Shown: positions 53,942 to 63,578 of the stretch, in pieces
How positions within the stretch are numbered: the stretch's first letter is position 1
How the letters are laid out: every line of letters begins with the position of its first letter
Origin: an uncultured candidatus Brocadiaceae bacterium
GTDB taxonomy: Bacteria > Planctomycetota > UBA1135 > UBA2386
Direction of reading: 5' to 3'
NCBI GenBank assembly: GCA_964469555.1
Contig: CAYYAQ010000001.1
Span: forward strand, 58,141-122,140
DNA: 64,000 nt
Program-made: the position numbers and the translations under genes
Notes under the pieces: generated by a model
The model's input: only the letters and a program-made list of their open reading frames with translations
Told to the model about the DNA's origin: nothing
Database searches by the model: none

Positions 53942-55429
53942 TTAGTTCGCGAGACCGAACGCGAACAACCGCTTCTCCGTCCGGACGTAGATCTTGCCGT
54001 CGACGATCGCGGGTGTCGCCGTGATCCGCTCCTTCAGGTCGTTGTGCGCGAGCACCTTCAACTCGTCACCGACCGCGAACACCGTCACGACCCCACGCGC
54101 CGACGCCGTGTAGATCTTCCCGTCGCCGACGACAGGACTCGAGTAGCACGGTCCGCGTGATCCGATCCGCTGCTGGTAGATCGCTTCCCCGGTCTTCGCG
54201 TTCAGACATGTCGCGATGCCCGCATTCTTGACCAGATACACGCGACCGCCGTGGTAGAGCGGCGACGGGCATTCCGGCACACCCTTGCCGTGTTGCCACG
54301 CGACCTTGGGCTCTGTGTTGCTGCCGTTGCCGGGTTGGATGGCCAAGAGGGCGTTCGCGTGTTTGAAGGTGCCGAGCCACTTGCCGAGCTTCCCCCACTC
54401 CTTCGAGTCGATCTCGCCGTTGCGGTCGGCGTCGAGAAACCGAAAGAACATCGACAGCGGATGGTCGCCTTCTCCGTCGGCGTCGGCCCGCGAGAGGACA
54501 CTCTTGTTCGGTTTCGCCTCCTCTCGGTTGAGCGCGCCGTTCCCGTCCTTGTCGTAGTCCTTCAGCAACTGTGCGAACTTCGGCAAGCCGATCACCTCCG
54601 GATTCGTGCGCATGTTGTAGGACGAGACGAACACCAGTCCTTCGCCCGTGACCGGAGTGATGCACGGCTCATCTGCCAAACCGGGCACCGACCAGCGCTC
54701 CTTGCCGGACTTCAGTTCGTACGCGGTCAATTGGAAAGCTCCGTAGACCAGCAACTCGTCGACTTCTCCGTTCTTCCATACCGTTGGCGTCGACCATCCG
54801 GATTGGAATCCACTGCGGTCGGTGCGCCACGCAGTCTCGCCGGTCGCGCCGTGAATCGCTTCGAGGAACGAGTTCTTCTGAATGTCGCGAGAGAGCACGA
54901 GCAGTTCGCCGGCGACGATGGGAGATGCCGCCGTTCCGAACATGTTGCGAACCTGCTCGAATTCGCGATGCCAGAGCTCTTTTCCCGCGAAGTCGTAGCA
55001 CAGCAGACCGAACGAACCAAAGTAGACATAGACGCGCTCCCCGTCGGTGGTCGGCGTCGAGGATGCGGGGTTGTTGATCCTGTGGTGTCGTTCGAGAGCA
55101 TCCACCGTGACCGACCGACGCCAGGTCACCACACCAGTCGCGCGATTGACGCAGACCGTCTCGAGTTTCTTTCCGACGAACGTCGTCAAGAACATGTGGT
55201 CGCCCCAGATGCACGGTGACGAGTGACCGGCGTCGAGCTTGCACTGCCAGATCATGTTCTTCTCGGGGCCGAATTCGGTCGGCAATCCGTCGTCCGAGGA
55301 AGCGACGCCCCGCCCTCCGGGTCCACGGAACTGATTCCATTGCTGACCCTGTACGGAGAGCGATGCGCACGAAGCGAGAATTACCAGGGGGAACATCCGA
55401 AGGAGCATGAATCCACGATATACGGACAA
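53942..55429 (-). CDS. secreted PQQ-like (BamB-type) beta-propeller protein with an inserted EF-hand pair
   Basis: 495 aa with a signal peptide. The EF-hand loops are DKDGNGALNREE and DADRNGEIDSKE. Confidence 0.75.
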   Translation of the reverse strand: MSVYRGFMLLRMFPLVILASCASLSVQGQQWNQFRGPGGRGVASSDDGLPTEFGPEKNMIWQCKLDAGHSSPCIWGDHMFLTTFVGKKLETVCVNRATGVVTWRRSVTVDALERHHRINNPASSTPTTDGERVYVYFGSFGLLCYDFAGKELWHREFEQVRNMFGTAASPIVAGELLVLSRDIQKNSFLEAIHGATGETAWRTDRSGFQSGWSTPTVWKNGEVDELLVYGAFQLTAYELKSGKERWSVPGLADEPCITPVTGEGLVFVSSYNMRTNPEVIGLPKFAQLLKDYDKDGNGALNREEAKPNKSVLSRADADGEGDHPLSMFFRFLDADRNGEIDSKEWGKLGKWLGTFKHANALLAIQPGNGSNTEPKVAWQHGKGVPECPSPLYHGGRVYLVKNAGIATCLNAKTGEAIYQQRIGSRGPCYSSPVVGDGKIYTASARGVVTVFAVGDELKVLAHNDLKERITATPAIVDGKIYVRTEKRLFAFGLAN

Positions 55430-55452
55430 ACCTCCGAAGCTACCATCTCGGC

Positions 55453-56829
55453 ATGGCGATCTCCTTGCAGTTCCTCGGCGCCGCGCGCCACGTCACTGGT
55501 AGCAAGCACCTCCTCACTGTCAACGACAAGCGCGTACTGCTCGACTGCGGCATGGTGCAAGGACCGCGGAAGATCGCCGCGAAGGCCAACCAGAACCTTG
55601 GCGTGGACGCGCCGTCGATCGACGCGGTGGTGATGTCCCACGGACACATCGACCACAGTGGATCCTTGCCGCGGTTGGTGAAGCTCGGTTTCGAGGGGAA
55701 CATCCACTGCACCGAGCCCACGAAGGACTTGCTCGGGATCCTCCTCGGGGATTCGGCGCACATCCAGGCGCAGGACGCGAAGTACCTGTCCAAGAAGGGC
55801 CACCATTTCGAGCCGCCTTACGACGCTGCGGACGTAGCGAAGACGATGAAGCAGATCCGCGCGGTGCCCTACTACAAGTCGTTCGACGTGTGCGACGGCG
55901 TGCGGGTCGAATACCTCGACGCCGGTCACATCATCGGCTCCGCGTTCGTCATCATCGACGTGGACGACGGCGAGAAGCAGCTGCGCATCGCCTTCACCGG
56001 TGATCACGGTCGGCGTGACATGCCGATCCTTCGGGATCCGGATCGCATTCCCGAGTGTGACGTGTTGATTACGGAGTCGACCTACGGTGACCGGTTGCAC
56101 CCGCCCGCGCCGAACCTCGAGGCCGATCTGGAAAAGGTGGTGCTCGAAGAGATGCGGGACGGCGGTCGCATCCTGATCCCAGCATTCTCGGTCGGGCGGA
56201 CCCAGAACGTGCTGATGCATCTCGGCAAGCTGGTCAAGGAGAAGCGCATTCCGCAGCAGGCGATCTACATCGATTCCCCCTTGAGCAAGAAGGCGACAAA
56301 CATCACGGCCCGGCACCCCGAGGTCTTCGACGAGGAGATGCAGGCGCTGATCAGGGAGGGTCACAACCCGTTCCATTTCGAGGGCGTGCGGTACGTCGCC
56401 GATGTCGAGGAGAGCAAGTCCCTCAACGGCGTCCGCAGCGGTGTGATCATCTCGGCGTCGGGTATGTGCGAGGCCGGGCGCATTCTCCACCACCTGAAAC
56501 AGAGCATCGGTCGTCCCGAAGACTGCATCCTCGCTGTCGGCTACATGGCGCAGGGCACGATGGGGCGCAAACTCATCGAGAAGTATGAGCGCGTGAAGAT
56601 CTTCGGCGAGCGTTTCGAAGTGAAGTGCAAGGTCCGCAGCATCCGCGGGTTATCGGCGCACGCGGACTACAAGGAACTGCTTCGAACGGCGCGCCCGCTC
56701 GCGCCCAAGGCGCGCGTGTTCGTCGTCCACGGCGAAGAAGACGCGGCGATGAAGTACGCGGACCGACTCTACGGGGCAGGATTCACGCAGGTGGACGTGC
56801 CGATTCGAAAGGAGAAGTTCGTTCTATGA
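55453..56829 (+). CDS. MBL-fold / beta-CASP RNA-metabolising hydrolase
   Basis: 458 aa with VMSHGHIDHSG (HxHxDH) and the C-terminal beta-CASP motif LSAHADYKEL...VHGE. Confidence 0.85.
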   Translation: MAISLQFLGAARHVTGSKHLLTVNDKRVLLDCGMVQGPRKIAAKANQNLGVDAPSIDAVVMSHGHIDHSGSLPRLVKLGFEGNIHCTEPTKDLLGILLGDSAHIQAQDAKYLSKKGHHFEPPYDAADVAKTMKQIRAVPYYKSFDVCDGVRVEYLDAGHIIGSAFVIIDVDDGEKQLRIAFTGDHGRRDMPILRDPDRIPECDVLITESTYGDRLHPPAPNLEADLEKVVLEEMRDGGRILIPAFSVGRTQNVLMHLGKLVKEKRIPQQAIYIDSPLSKKATNITARHPEVFDEEMQALIREGHNPFHFEGVRYVADVEESKSLNGVRSGVIISASGMCEAGRILHHLKQSIGRPEDCILAVGYMAQGTMGRKLIEKYERVKIFGERFEVKCKVRSIRGLSAHADYKELLRTARPLAPKARVFVVHGEEDAAMKYADRLYGAGFTQVDVPIRKEKFVL

Positions 56830-57304
56830 GTCAGCCCGCCTACGAGTACCAGTTCGAGGAATAGATCCTCGCGGGCGATGGTGGAGGCGCCTGCTGGAGT
56901 TTCCGTTCGATGTGTTCGTAGGATTCGCTGCCGGGGGTCGTGTTCCGATCGAATGCACGTTCGATGGTGAGCCTTATCGCGGATCGCTCGTGAGAATGGG
57001 GACGGACTGCCACATCGTCGGCATCCGAAAGGGCATCCGAGAGAAGATCGGCAAGGGGCCTGGTGACCTCGTGTCGGTAGTGTCGTGGCGGGACGAGGCG
57101 GAACGGACCGTGACGCCCCCCTTGGAACTCCGGCGGTCGTTCGCGCTCGAGGCCGTTGTTCGGAAGGTCTTTGACGGCCTGAGTTTCACGCACCAACGGG
57201 AGTTTGCCGAGTGGGTTGGTGTTCCGCCAAGAAGGCTGCATTTCGCGATCGCAGCACGGTGGAGAGCCATCGAGGTGCTTCTCGAAGGCCAGAAGTTCCC
57301 GTAG
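56826..57304 (+). pseudogene. DUF1905/YdeI-family gene disrupted by an in-frame TAG and a frame shift
   Basis: ATG 56826 (ATGA overlap) gives MSQPAYEYQFEE-TAG-ILAGDGGGA. The -1 frame continues LLEFPFDVFVGFAAGGRVPIECTFDGEPYRGSLVRMG...GDLVSVV...FTHQREFAEWV. Confidence 0.55.
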
Positions 57305-57360
57305 CGGCAAGTCGATCGAGTTCCTCGTATGGTGGATTCCTGGTAGAGTCTTTGTCCATC

Positions 57361-58488
57361 ATGCGTGTACCAAGCAGTGCGTGGATCGCTCTACTCGTGA
57401 GCATTCCCGTTTCAGCTCAGGCGACTCCATTCACCATGCCACCGGGGTTCCTCTCGACGCACAACACATCGTCGACCGGTGGATCCATGCCCTACACGCC
57501 GTTCCTGGGCGCTTACGCGGAAGGCCGCATGCAGGTGATCAGCGCGGACTGGACCGGTGGCAGCGCGGTCTCCGTCACTTCGATCTCATTGCGCCGCGAC
57601 ACCGAGTACTACTACCCGAGCAACCACGGCAATGCACGCTCTTGGGCGGACGTCTCCGTGACGATCGGCGAGTCGAGCTATTCAGGGGTGTCCTCGACGT
57701 TCTCCGCAAACATGACCACAACGCCCACGGCGGTGTTCAACAAGACAACGAGTTGGGGCGACACTTCAGCGAAGCCTTCATCGACCCAATCGTGGGGTGG
57801 GTTCAACATGAGCTTCCCGTTCACCTCGCCCTACGCCTGGTCGAGAGCCAAAGACGTCTGCATCGATTTTCGGTTCACCGGCGGCCGCCTCGCGAACAAC
57901 GGCTCGTGGACTGGCGTGAACTACGTGCTCGTCGATGGGTTCTCCGACAGGATCGACAATGGCCCCTACTACAACTTCCTCGTGACCGCGGCTTGCAAGT
58001 CGCCCGGTCAGAACGCGCCAGGGTTCTTCGGATCGAACATCCGAACCCTCGGGCCGTTGCACTCGACGAATCCGAACACGCTCTCGATCGATATCTTCCA
58101 AGCGCTCGGTGCTCCCTTGACGAACCACATTGGGGCCATCGGACTGATCGGCAGTTTCTCGGGCGTCAACATCGGTACCTGTGAGAAGCTCTACCTCCTG
58201 CACACGCCCGTGCCGTTCTCGTTCAAGACCAGCCTCACCGGCACGTGGTTCCTTCCGAGGAACCATATTCCGTTCACCGCGTCGAGCGTTGGGATCGTGG
58301 TCTACAGCCAATCGGCGTACACCCATCCCGTGACGCAGGCCTTCGCGTTGAGTGGCGGTGTTCGAAGCGTCGTTCCTGCTCTCCCGAATGTTTCTGGTTT
58401 CAAGCAGGTGCAGGTAAATGCATCGGATCGAACATCGGCAACGGGTACGCTCAGCATGATCTACGTGCCCATCCTGAAGCTCAATTAG
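57361..58488 (+). CDS. secreted protein of unknown function
   Basis: 375 aa from ATG 57361 with signal peptide MRVPSSAWIALLVSIPVSAQA. Ser/Thr/Asn-rich; no motif recognised. Confidence 0.65.
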   Translation: MRVPSSAWIALLVSIPVSAQATPFTMPPGFLSTHNTSSTGGSMPYTPFLGAYAEGRMQVISADWTGGSAVSVTSISLRRDTEYYYPSNHGNARSWADVSVTIGESSYSGVSSTFSANMTTTPTAVFNKTTSWGDTSAKPSSTQSWGGFNMSFPFTSPYAWSRAKDVCIDFRFTGGRLANNGSWTGVNYVLVDGFSDRIDNGPYYNFLVTAACKSPGQNAPGFFGSNIRTLGPLHSTNPNTLSIDIFQALGAPLTNHIGAIGLIGSFSGVNIGTCEKLYLLHTPVPFSFKTSLTGTWFLPRNHIPFTASSVGIVVYSQSAYTHPVTQAFALSGGVRSVVPALPNVSGFKQVQVNASDRTSATGTLSMIYVPILKLN

Positions 58489-58542
58489 TCCGACGCAAGA
58501 ATACCACCGCCCCGCGCTCGTCACTCCGCTGAGGTGGATGCG

Positions 58543-59301
58543 ATGAGGGCGATCGTCATCGGGGCAGGGCGCGGTCAGCGTCTGATGCCGACGACCAAGA
58601 ACGCGCCCAAGTGCTACGCGGAGGTCGCCGGGCGGCGGATCCTCGACTGGATCGTCGAGGCGTTCGCCGAGAACGGTGTCGACGACATCGTGTTCATCGG
58701 CGGGTACCTCATGGAAAAGGTGCAGGCCGAGTATCCCGGGTTCACGTTTCGACCGAATGAGGAATGGCCCGACAACAACATCCTCGCCTCCCTGATGTGC
58801 GCGGAGGACTTGATGGACCGCCCGTTCTTCACGACGTACGCGGACATTCTCTACCGACCCGACGCCGTCAGCTCGCTGATCGAGTGCAGCGGGGATATCC
58901 GTTGCGTCGTCGATACGAAATGGAAGGAACGCTACGAGCACCGCACCGATCATCCGATGACCGACGGGGAGAAGGTCACTGTCGCCGACGGCCACATCAC
59001 GAGGGTGCACCGAGACATCGATCCCGATCTCGCGCATGGCGAATTCACCGGCGTCGCGTGGTTCTCCGAGGAAGGCGGGAAGCTGTTGCGCGAGCACTAC
59101 CATCGCTGCCGGCAGGAGTTCTCGGGACGGGCGTTTCGCGAAGCGCCGATCTTCGAGAAGGCATACCTCATCCATCTGCTGCAGGAGATGATCGAGCATG
59201 ACGTGCCGGTTCGACACGCGGACGTGCCCGGCGAATACTGGGAGATCGATACGCAGCAGGACTACGACATGGCGCGCGCGGACTGGAGCGTTCGAGAATG
59301 A
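58543..59301 (+). CDS. nucleotidyltransferase (LicC/cytidylyltransferase-like)
   Basis: MRAIVIGAGRGQRLMPTTKNAPKCY carries the G-x-G-x-R signature. GAGGTGG lies 5 nt upstream of ATG 58543 (the track start is GTG 58534). Confidence 0.75.
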   Translation: MRAIVIGAGRGQRLMPTTKNAPKCYAEVAGRRILDWIVEAFAENGVDDIVFIGGYLMEKVQAEYPGFTFRPNEEWPDNNILASLMCAEDLMDRPFFTTYADILYRPDAVSSLIECSGDIRCVVDTKWKERYEHRTDHPMTDGEKVTVADGHITRVHRDIDPDLAHGEFTGVAWFSEEGGKLLREHYHRCRQEFSGRAFREAPIFEKAYLIHLLQEMIEHDVPVRHADVPGEYWEIDTQQDYDMARADWSVRE

Positions 59302-60365
59302 CCGAAGATGTGCTGTTTCCCGCTTCGGTTGTCGGCTCGATGCCGAGGCCGGATGACGTCCTGGATCTCGTCATGGGAGGGCTCGAGATTTCACAGGAGG
59401 AGCACGATCGTCGGATGGACGATGCGATCCGTGGCATCGTCGCGCTCCAGGAGGACGCTGGACTCGACGTCGTCACTGACGGCGAGTGGCGGCGTCGGTC
59501 GTACATCGGTGTGATCGCGGAACTCGCAGACGGCTTTGAACTCAGTACGAACCCCGCAGACGGAAGACCGTGGACGATCGTCGTCGACACGTTGGCGATG
59601 ACCGATTCGTCGTTCATCGCAGATGAAGTCGAGTTCGTGAAGGGAATCACCGACCGGAAGATCAAAGCGACGTTGCCGTCGCCCGCGCTGCTCGGTGAGC
59701 GGATGTGGGACGAGACGGCGTCCGGAGCCGCGTATCCGAACCGTGACGACTTCGTGCTCGATTGTGTTCCTGTCTTGCGCCGGCAGCTCGAGTTGTTGCA
59801 GGCCGCGGGCGCCGACATCGTGCAGATCGACGATCCGCACCTCTGCCTGTTCGTCGACGAAGAGGTCCGGGGCGGATACGACGACCCGGATCGCTCGGCG
59901 GACTTCGCGGTCGATGCGGTCAACGCGATGGTCGACGGCATCTCCGGGGTGACGCTGGCTCTGCACCTGTGTCGGCGAGCCGGGGCGAGAGTGCGTGGTG
60001 AAGAGTCCCACTCCGGCAGCTACGACCTCATCGTCGAGCAGCTGAATCGTCTCCATGTCCAGCACATCACGATGGAATTCACGGACCCCGAGTCGTGCGA
60101 CCCGTCGGTGTTTGGCCGGCTGCGGGAAGACCTCGAGATCGGGCTGGGTTGCGTCAACGTTACCCCCGGATTGGTCGATGCGCCGGAGACCATCGTGCAA
60201 CGGGTCAAGGCCGCGATGCTCCACCTCCGCAAGGAGCGGATCACGCTGAATCCGGACTGCGGTTTCGCTCCTGGTTCGGGTGCGCGCGTGAGCATTGACG
60301 AAGTGCAGCAGAAACTCATCAATCAGGTGGCCGCAGCACGAACGCTGCGCGCCGAGTTCGCGTGA
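59298..60365 (+). CDS. cobalamin-independent methionine synthase (MetE C-terminal/UROD-like) family protein
   Basis: 355 aa with VVTDGEWRR and the Zn-ligand pattern LHLC ... NPDCGF. ATGA overlap with the upstream stop. Confidence 0.75.
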   Translation: MTEDVLFPASVVGSMPRPDDVLDLVMGGLEISQEEHDRRMDDAIRGIVALQEDAGLDVVTDGEWRRRSYIGVIAELADGFELSTNPADGRPWTIVVDTLAMTDSSFIADEVEFVKGITDRKIKATLPSPALLGERMWDETASGAAYPNRDDFVLDCVPVLRRQLELLQAAGADIVQIDDPHLCLFVDEEVRGGYDDPDRSADFAVDAVNAMVDGISGVTLALHLCRRAGARVRGEESHSGSYDLIVEQLNRLHVQHITMEFTDPESCDPSVFGRLREDLEIGLGCVNVTPGLVDAPETIVQRVKAAMLHLRKERITLNPDCGFAPGSGARVSIDEVQQKLINQVAAARTLRAEFA

Positions 60366-61795
60366 CGCCGTCGCGGCTGGGAGTCTGGGCTCTTGTCGCT
60401 GCGTGTGTGTTGTTGCGGCTGACGCCGCCCTGGGAGATCAACCACGACTGCGGCTGGTTGCTCTTCGCTGCCAGCCGGTTTCTTGCGGGCGACGCGCTCT
60501 ATTCCGAGCTGATCGAGATCAACCCGCCGTTGATCATCTACCTGAATGTACCACCGGCGGCGCTCGCGAGCTTCACCGGACTCAGCGTCGGCGCGGCGCT
60601 GAACCTCTGGGTCGCTTCGCTCTTGGGTCTCAGCCTCTTCTTGACCAGCAGGATCGTCCGTGTTGGCGACTTCGTTCGGCTGATGAACCCGATCGCGTTG
60701 GCCGCGGTAGCGTTCGTGCTGGTCGTTCCGGTCGGGCGCGATTTTGGCCAGCGAGAGCACTTGATGATGATCCTGACGCTGCCGTACTTCGCCGTCGTGG
60801 GGCAGCGCGTCGCCGGGGGAGACGTGCGATCGGGTCAGGCGTTGGGAGCCGGCTTGTTGGCGGCGGTCGGGTTCTCGCTGAAACCGTACTTCCTCCTCGC
60901 GCCCGTCCTGGTTCGCATTGGCACCGCGCTGTGGCAACGCAAGCTGTTCGATACGCGGCGCTTGGAGAACGAGGGGCTCGTGCTGGGCGTGGTCGTATAC
61001 GCGGCCCACTTCCTCCTCGTGCCCTTCCAGTCCGATTTCGTCGCCAACGTCGGGCTCACGCTCGAGGTCTACGGGTCGTTCAAGGTCTCGTTCGTCGAGT
61101 TGCTGAGCAAGCCCTGGACGATCGAAGCGCTTGTTGTCATCGTCGTTCTCTCGGTCGCCGCGATCTTCGCAGGCAGCATCCGAACATCGATATGGGTACT
61201 CATTCTCGCGCAGTTGGGTTTCCTGGGCTCGGCGTTTTGGCAGGGGAAGGGCTGGATGTACCACCTGTTCCCGGCGCTCGCGTGCGGATACCTGGGGCTC
61301 GTCGTGTTGGTGTTCGGCGCCGGCGCGCGGTGGCTGCGCGGGGTATTCGTCGTCGTGTGTCTTTGCTACGTGGCGCTGCCCATCGGACAGCACTGGTTGC
61401 AGCGTGAACCGGAGCTGGCGTTCGCCGATGCGTTCACGGGGATTCCGCCGGAGCTCGACGCGGTTCGGGAACTGCGACCGGGCGACACGCTGTTGGTCGT
61501 GGACACGGACATCCACACGTTCTTCGCGTGGATGGTGGACCACGAGATCGGGTGGGGGTCACGCTACGCGTGTCTCTGGCCGTTGCCCGGCGGTTCCTCG
61601 GAGCGGCGCGAGGACTTGCGGAGGATCGTTCTCGAGGACATCGTGAAGCACAAACCCAACCTCGTCTTTGTGCGCAAGGGGCGTCCCTCCTTCATCGACG
61701 ACGAGTTCGAGATCTCGGACTGGCTGCGAGCCGACTGGACCGGCTACGAGGAACAGGAGAGCACTCTCAACTTCCGCACATGGCGCCGCCGCTAG
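60362..61795 (+). CDS. polytopic membrane protein, possibly a GT-C-type (ArnT/PMT-like) glycosyltransferase
   Basis: 477 aa with about 10-12 hydrophobic segments followed by a soluble C-terminal domain. GTGA overlap with the upstream stop. The family assignment is tentative. Confidence 0.6.
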   Translation: MTPSRLGVWALVAACVLLRLTPPWEINHDCGWLLFAASRFLAGDALYSELIEINPPLIIYLNVPPAALASFTGLSVGAALNLWVASLLGLSLFLTSRIVRVGDFVRLMNPIALAAVAFVLVVPVGRDFGQREHLMMILTLPYFAVVGQRVAGGDVRSGQALGAGLLAAVGFSLKPYFLLAPVLVRIGTALWQRKLFDTRRLENEGLVLGVVVYAAHFLLVPFQSDFVANVGLTLEVYGSFKVSFVELLSKPWTIEALVVIVVLSVAAIFAGSIRTSIWVLILAQLGFLGSAFWQGKGWMYHLFPALACGYLGLVVLVFGAGARWLRGVFVVVCLCYVALPIGQHWLQREPELAFADAFTGIPPELDAVRELRPGDTLLVVDTDIHTFFAWMVDHEIGWGSRYACLWPLPGGSSERREDLRRIVLEDIVKHKPNLVFVRKGRPSFIDDEFEISDWLRADWTGYEEQESTLNFRTWRRR

Positions 61796-61802
61796 AGAAC
61801 CT

Positions 61803-63290
61803 CTAGGCGTTTGCCCAGCCCTTCGCGCGCTCGATTGCCGTTCGCCAAACGCGGAGCCGCTCTTCCCGTTCGCGCTTGCGCATGTTGGGACGGTAGGTCT
61901 CTTGGATCGAGTGGTTCTTGGTGACTGCTGCCAGGCTCTTGATCGCGCCGACTCCGAGGCCGGCCAGATACGCCGCGCCGAGGGCGGTCGTCTCCGTCTC
62001 CGCCGGTCGTTGCACCTGCAGGCCCAGAAGGTCGGCCTGGAATTGCATCATCGTGTCGTTCACAGAAGCGCCGCCGTCCACGCGGAGCTTCCCCAGCTTT
62101 ACACCCGAGTCCGCCTGCATCGCGATCAACACTTCCTGGGTTTGGAACGCCATGGACTCGAGCGTCGCGCGCGCCAGGTGTCCGGCGGTCGTTCCGCGCG
62201 AAACACCGACGATTGTCCCGCGAGCATGCGGGTCCCAGTGTGGCGCGCCGAGACCGACGAACGCCGGGACGAAGTACACGCCACCCGAATCGTCCACGGA
62301 CCGCGCGAGCTTCTCGACGTCGACCGACTTCCGGATCAATCCCAGCCCATCACGCAGCCACTGCACCGCGGCGCCCGCCACGAACACCGACCCCTCGAGG
62401 CAGTAGGTGATCTTCCCATCGATGCCCCATCCGATCGTCGTCAACAACCCGCGCTTCGATCGGACCGCTTTCTCCCCGGTGTTCATCAACAGGAAGCACC
62501 CGGTACCGTACGTGTTTTTGGCCATGCCCGGACGGAAGCACGCCTGTCCGAACGTCGCAGCCTGCTGGTCCCCGGCGATCCCGGCGATCGGGATCTCCCC
62601 GCCGAACCAGTTCTTGTCGGTCTCGCCGAACACCCCGCTCGAGTCCCTCACCTCCGGCAACATCTCCCGGGGTACGTCGAGGGTCTTCAGTAACCAGCTG
62701 TCCCACTGCAACTTGTGGATGTTGAAGAGCAGAGTTCGACTGGCGTTGCTGTAGTCCGTGGCGTGCACGCGGCCGCCGGTCAGCCGCCACAACAGGAAGC
62801 AGTCGATCGTCCCGCACAGGATCTCGCCCCGCGCGGCCCGCCGCCGCAGACCCTTGTTCCGGTCCAGCAGCCACTTGATCTTGGTCCCCGAGAAGTAGGG
62901 GTCGAGAAGCAGGCCCGTCCGCTTGCGGAACTCCCCGCCGAGCCCGTCGCGCTCGAGTTTCTCGCACAGGGGCGCCGTGATCCGGCTCTGCCACACGATG
63001 GCGTTCGCGACCGGGTGGCCGGTGGTCTTGTCCCACAGCACCACCGTCTCCCTCTGATTCGTGATGCCGATCGCGGCGATGTCCTTCGCCCTCACCTTGC
63101 CCTTGCGCAGCACGCGCCGCGCTGTCGCGAGCTGCGAGTTCCAGATCGCCTCGGGGTCGTGTTCGACGTGACCCGGGCTGGGGTAGATCTGGGCGAACTC
63201 CTTTTGCGCTGCCGCCCGCGTCTTGCCCGCGGTCGTGAACAGCATCGATCGACTCGAAGTCGTACCTTGATCGAGAGCCAAGAGCAGCAT
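61803..63290 (-). CDS. glpK: glycerol kinase
   Basis: 495 aa from ATG 63290, with GGAGG 7 nt upstream. The sequence reads LLALDQGTTSSRS...GITNQRETVVLWD...FSGTKIKWLLD...GDQQAATFGQ. Confidence 0.9.
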   Translation of the reverse strand: MLLLALDQGTTSSRSMLFTTAGKTRAAAQKEFAQIYPSPGHVEHDPEAIWNSQLATARRVLRKGKVRAKDIAAIGITNQRETVVLWDKTTGHPVANAIVWQSRITAPLCEKLERDGLGGEFRKRTGLLLDPYFSGTKIKWLLDRNKGLRRRAARGEILCGTIDCFLLWRLTGGRVHATDYSNASRTLLFNIHKLQWDSWLLKTLDVPREMLPEVRDSSGVFGETDKNWFGGEIPIAGIAGDQQAATFGQACFRPGMAKNTYGTGCFLLMNTGEKAVRSKRGLLTTIGWGIDGKITYCLEGSVFVAGAAVQWLRDGLGLIRKSVDVEKLARSVDDSGGVYFVPAFVGLGAPHWDPHARGTIVGVSRGTTAGHLARATLESMAFQTQEVLIAMQADSGVKLGKLRVDGGASVNDTMMQFQADLLGLQVQRPAETETTALGAAYLAGLGVGAIKSLAAVTKNHSIQETYRPNMRKREREERLRVWRTAIERAKGWANA

Positions 63291-63408
63291 GCGAAACCTC
63301 CGTTTGCGATCGTAACCGACCGTTGTTCTTTTGATGCACACAACCCTGGCGTCCGGGAACGCCCGCGCTACGAACAGAACGTGAGTTGATTTTTGTCCAC
63401 AAGTTTGT

Positions 63409-63434
63409 CACCGTGAGAAGGCTCGATCACGGTG
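63409..63434. promoter_or_regulatory. perfect 8-bp inverted repeat in the glpK / downstream-gene divergent region
   Basis: CACCGTGA-gaaggctcga-TCACGGTG. It is preceded by the direct half-repeats TTTGTCCAC / TTTGTCACC. Confidence 0.3.
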
Positions 63435-63578
63435 GGCGGTCAGGACTCTCACAGCGTGGTCGTCGCCCGTAGGTGTCTGGTCAGGGCACTGTGTGAATGC
63501 ACGGGCGTGTCGCGCCCAACAAACTTCTTAGCACCGGTCTGTACGCACACCGGGGTCCAGATTCGAATGGGAGGTCGC

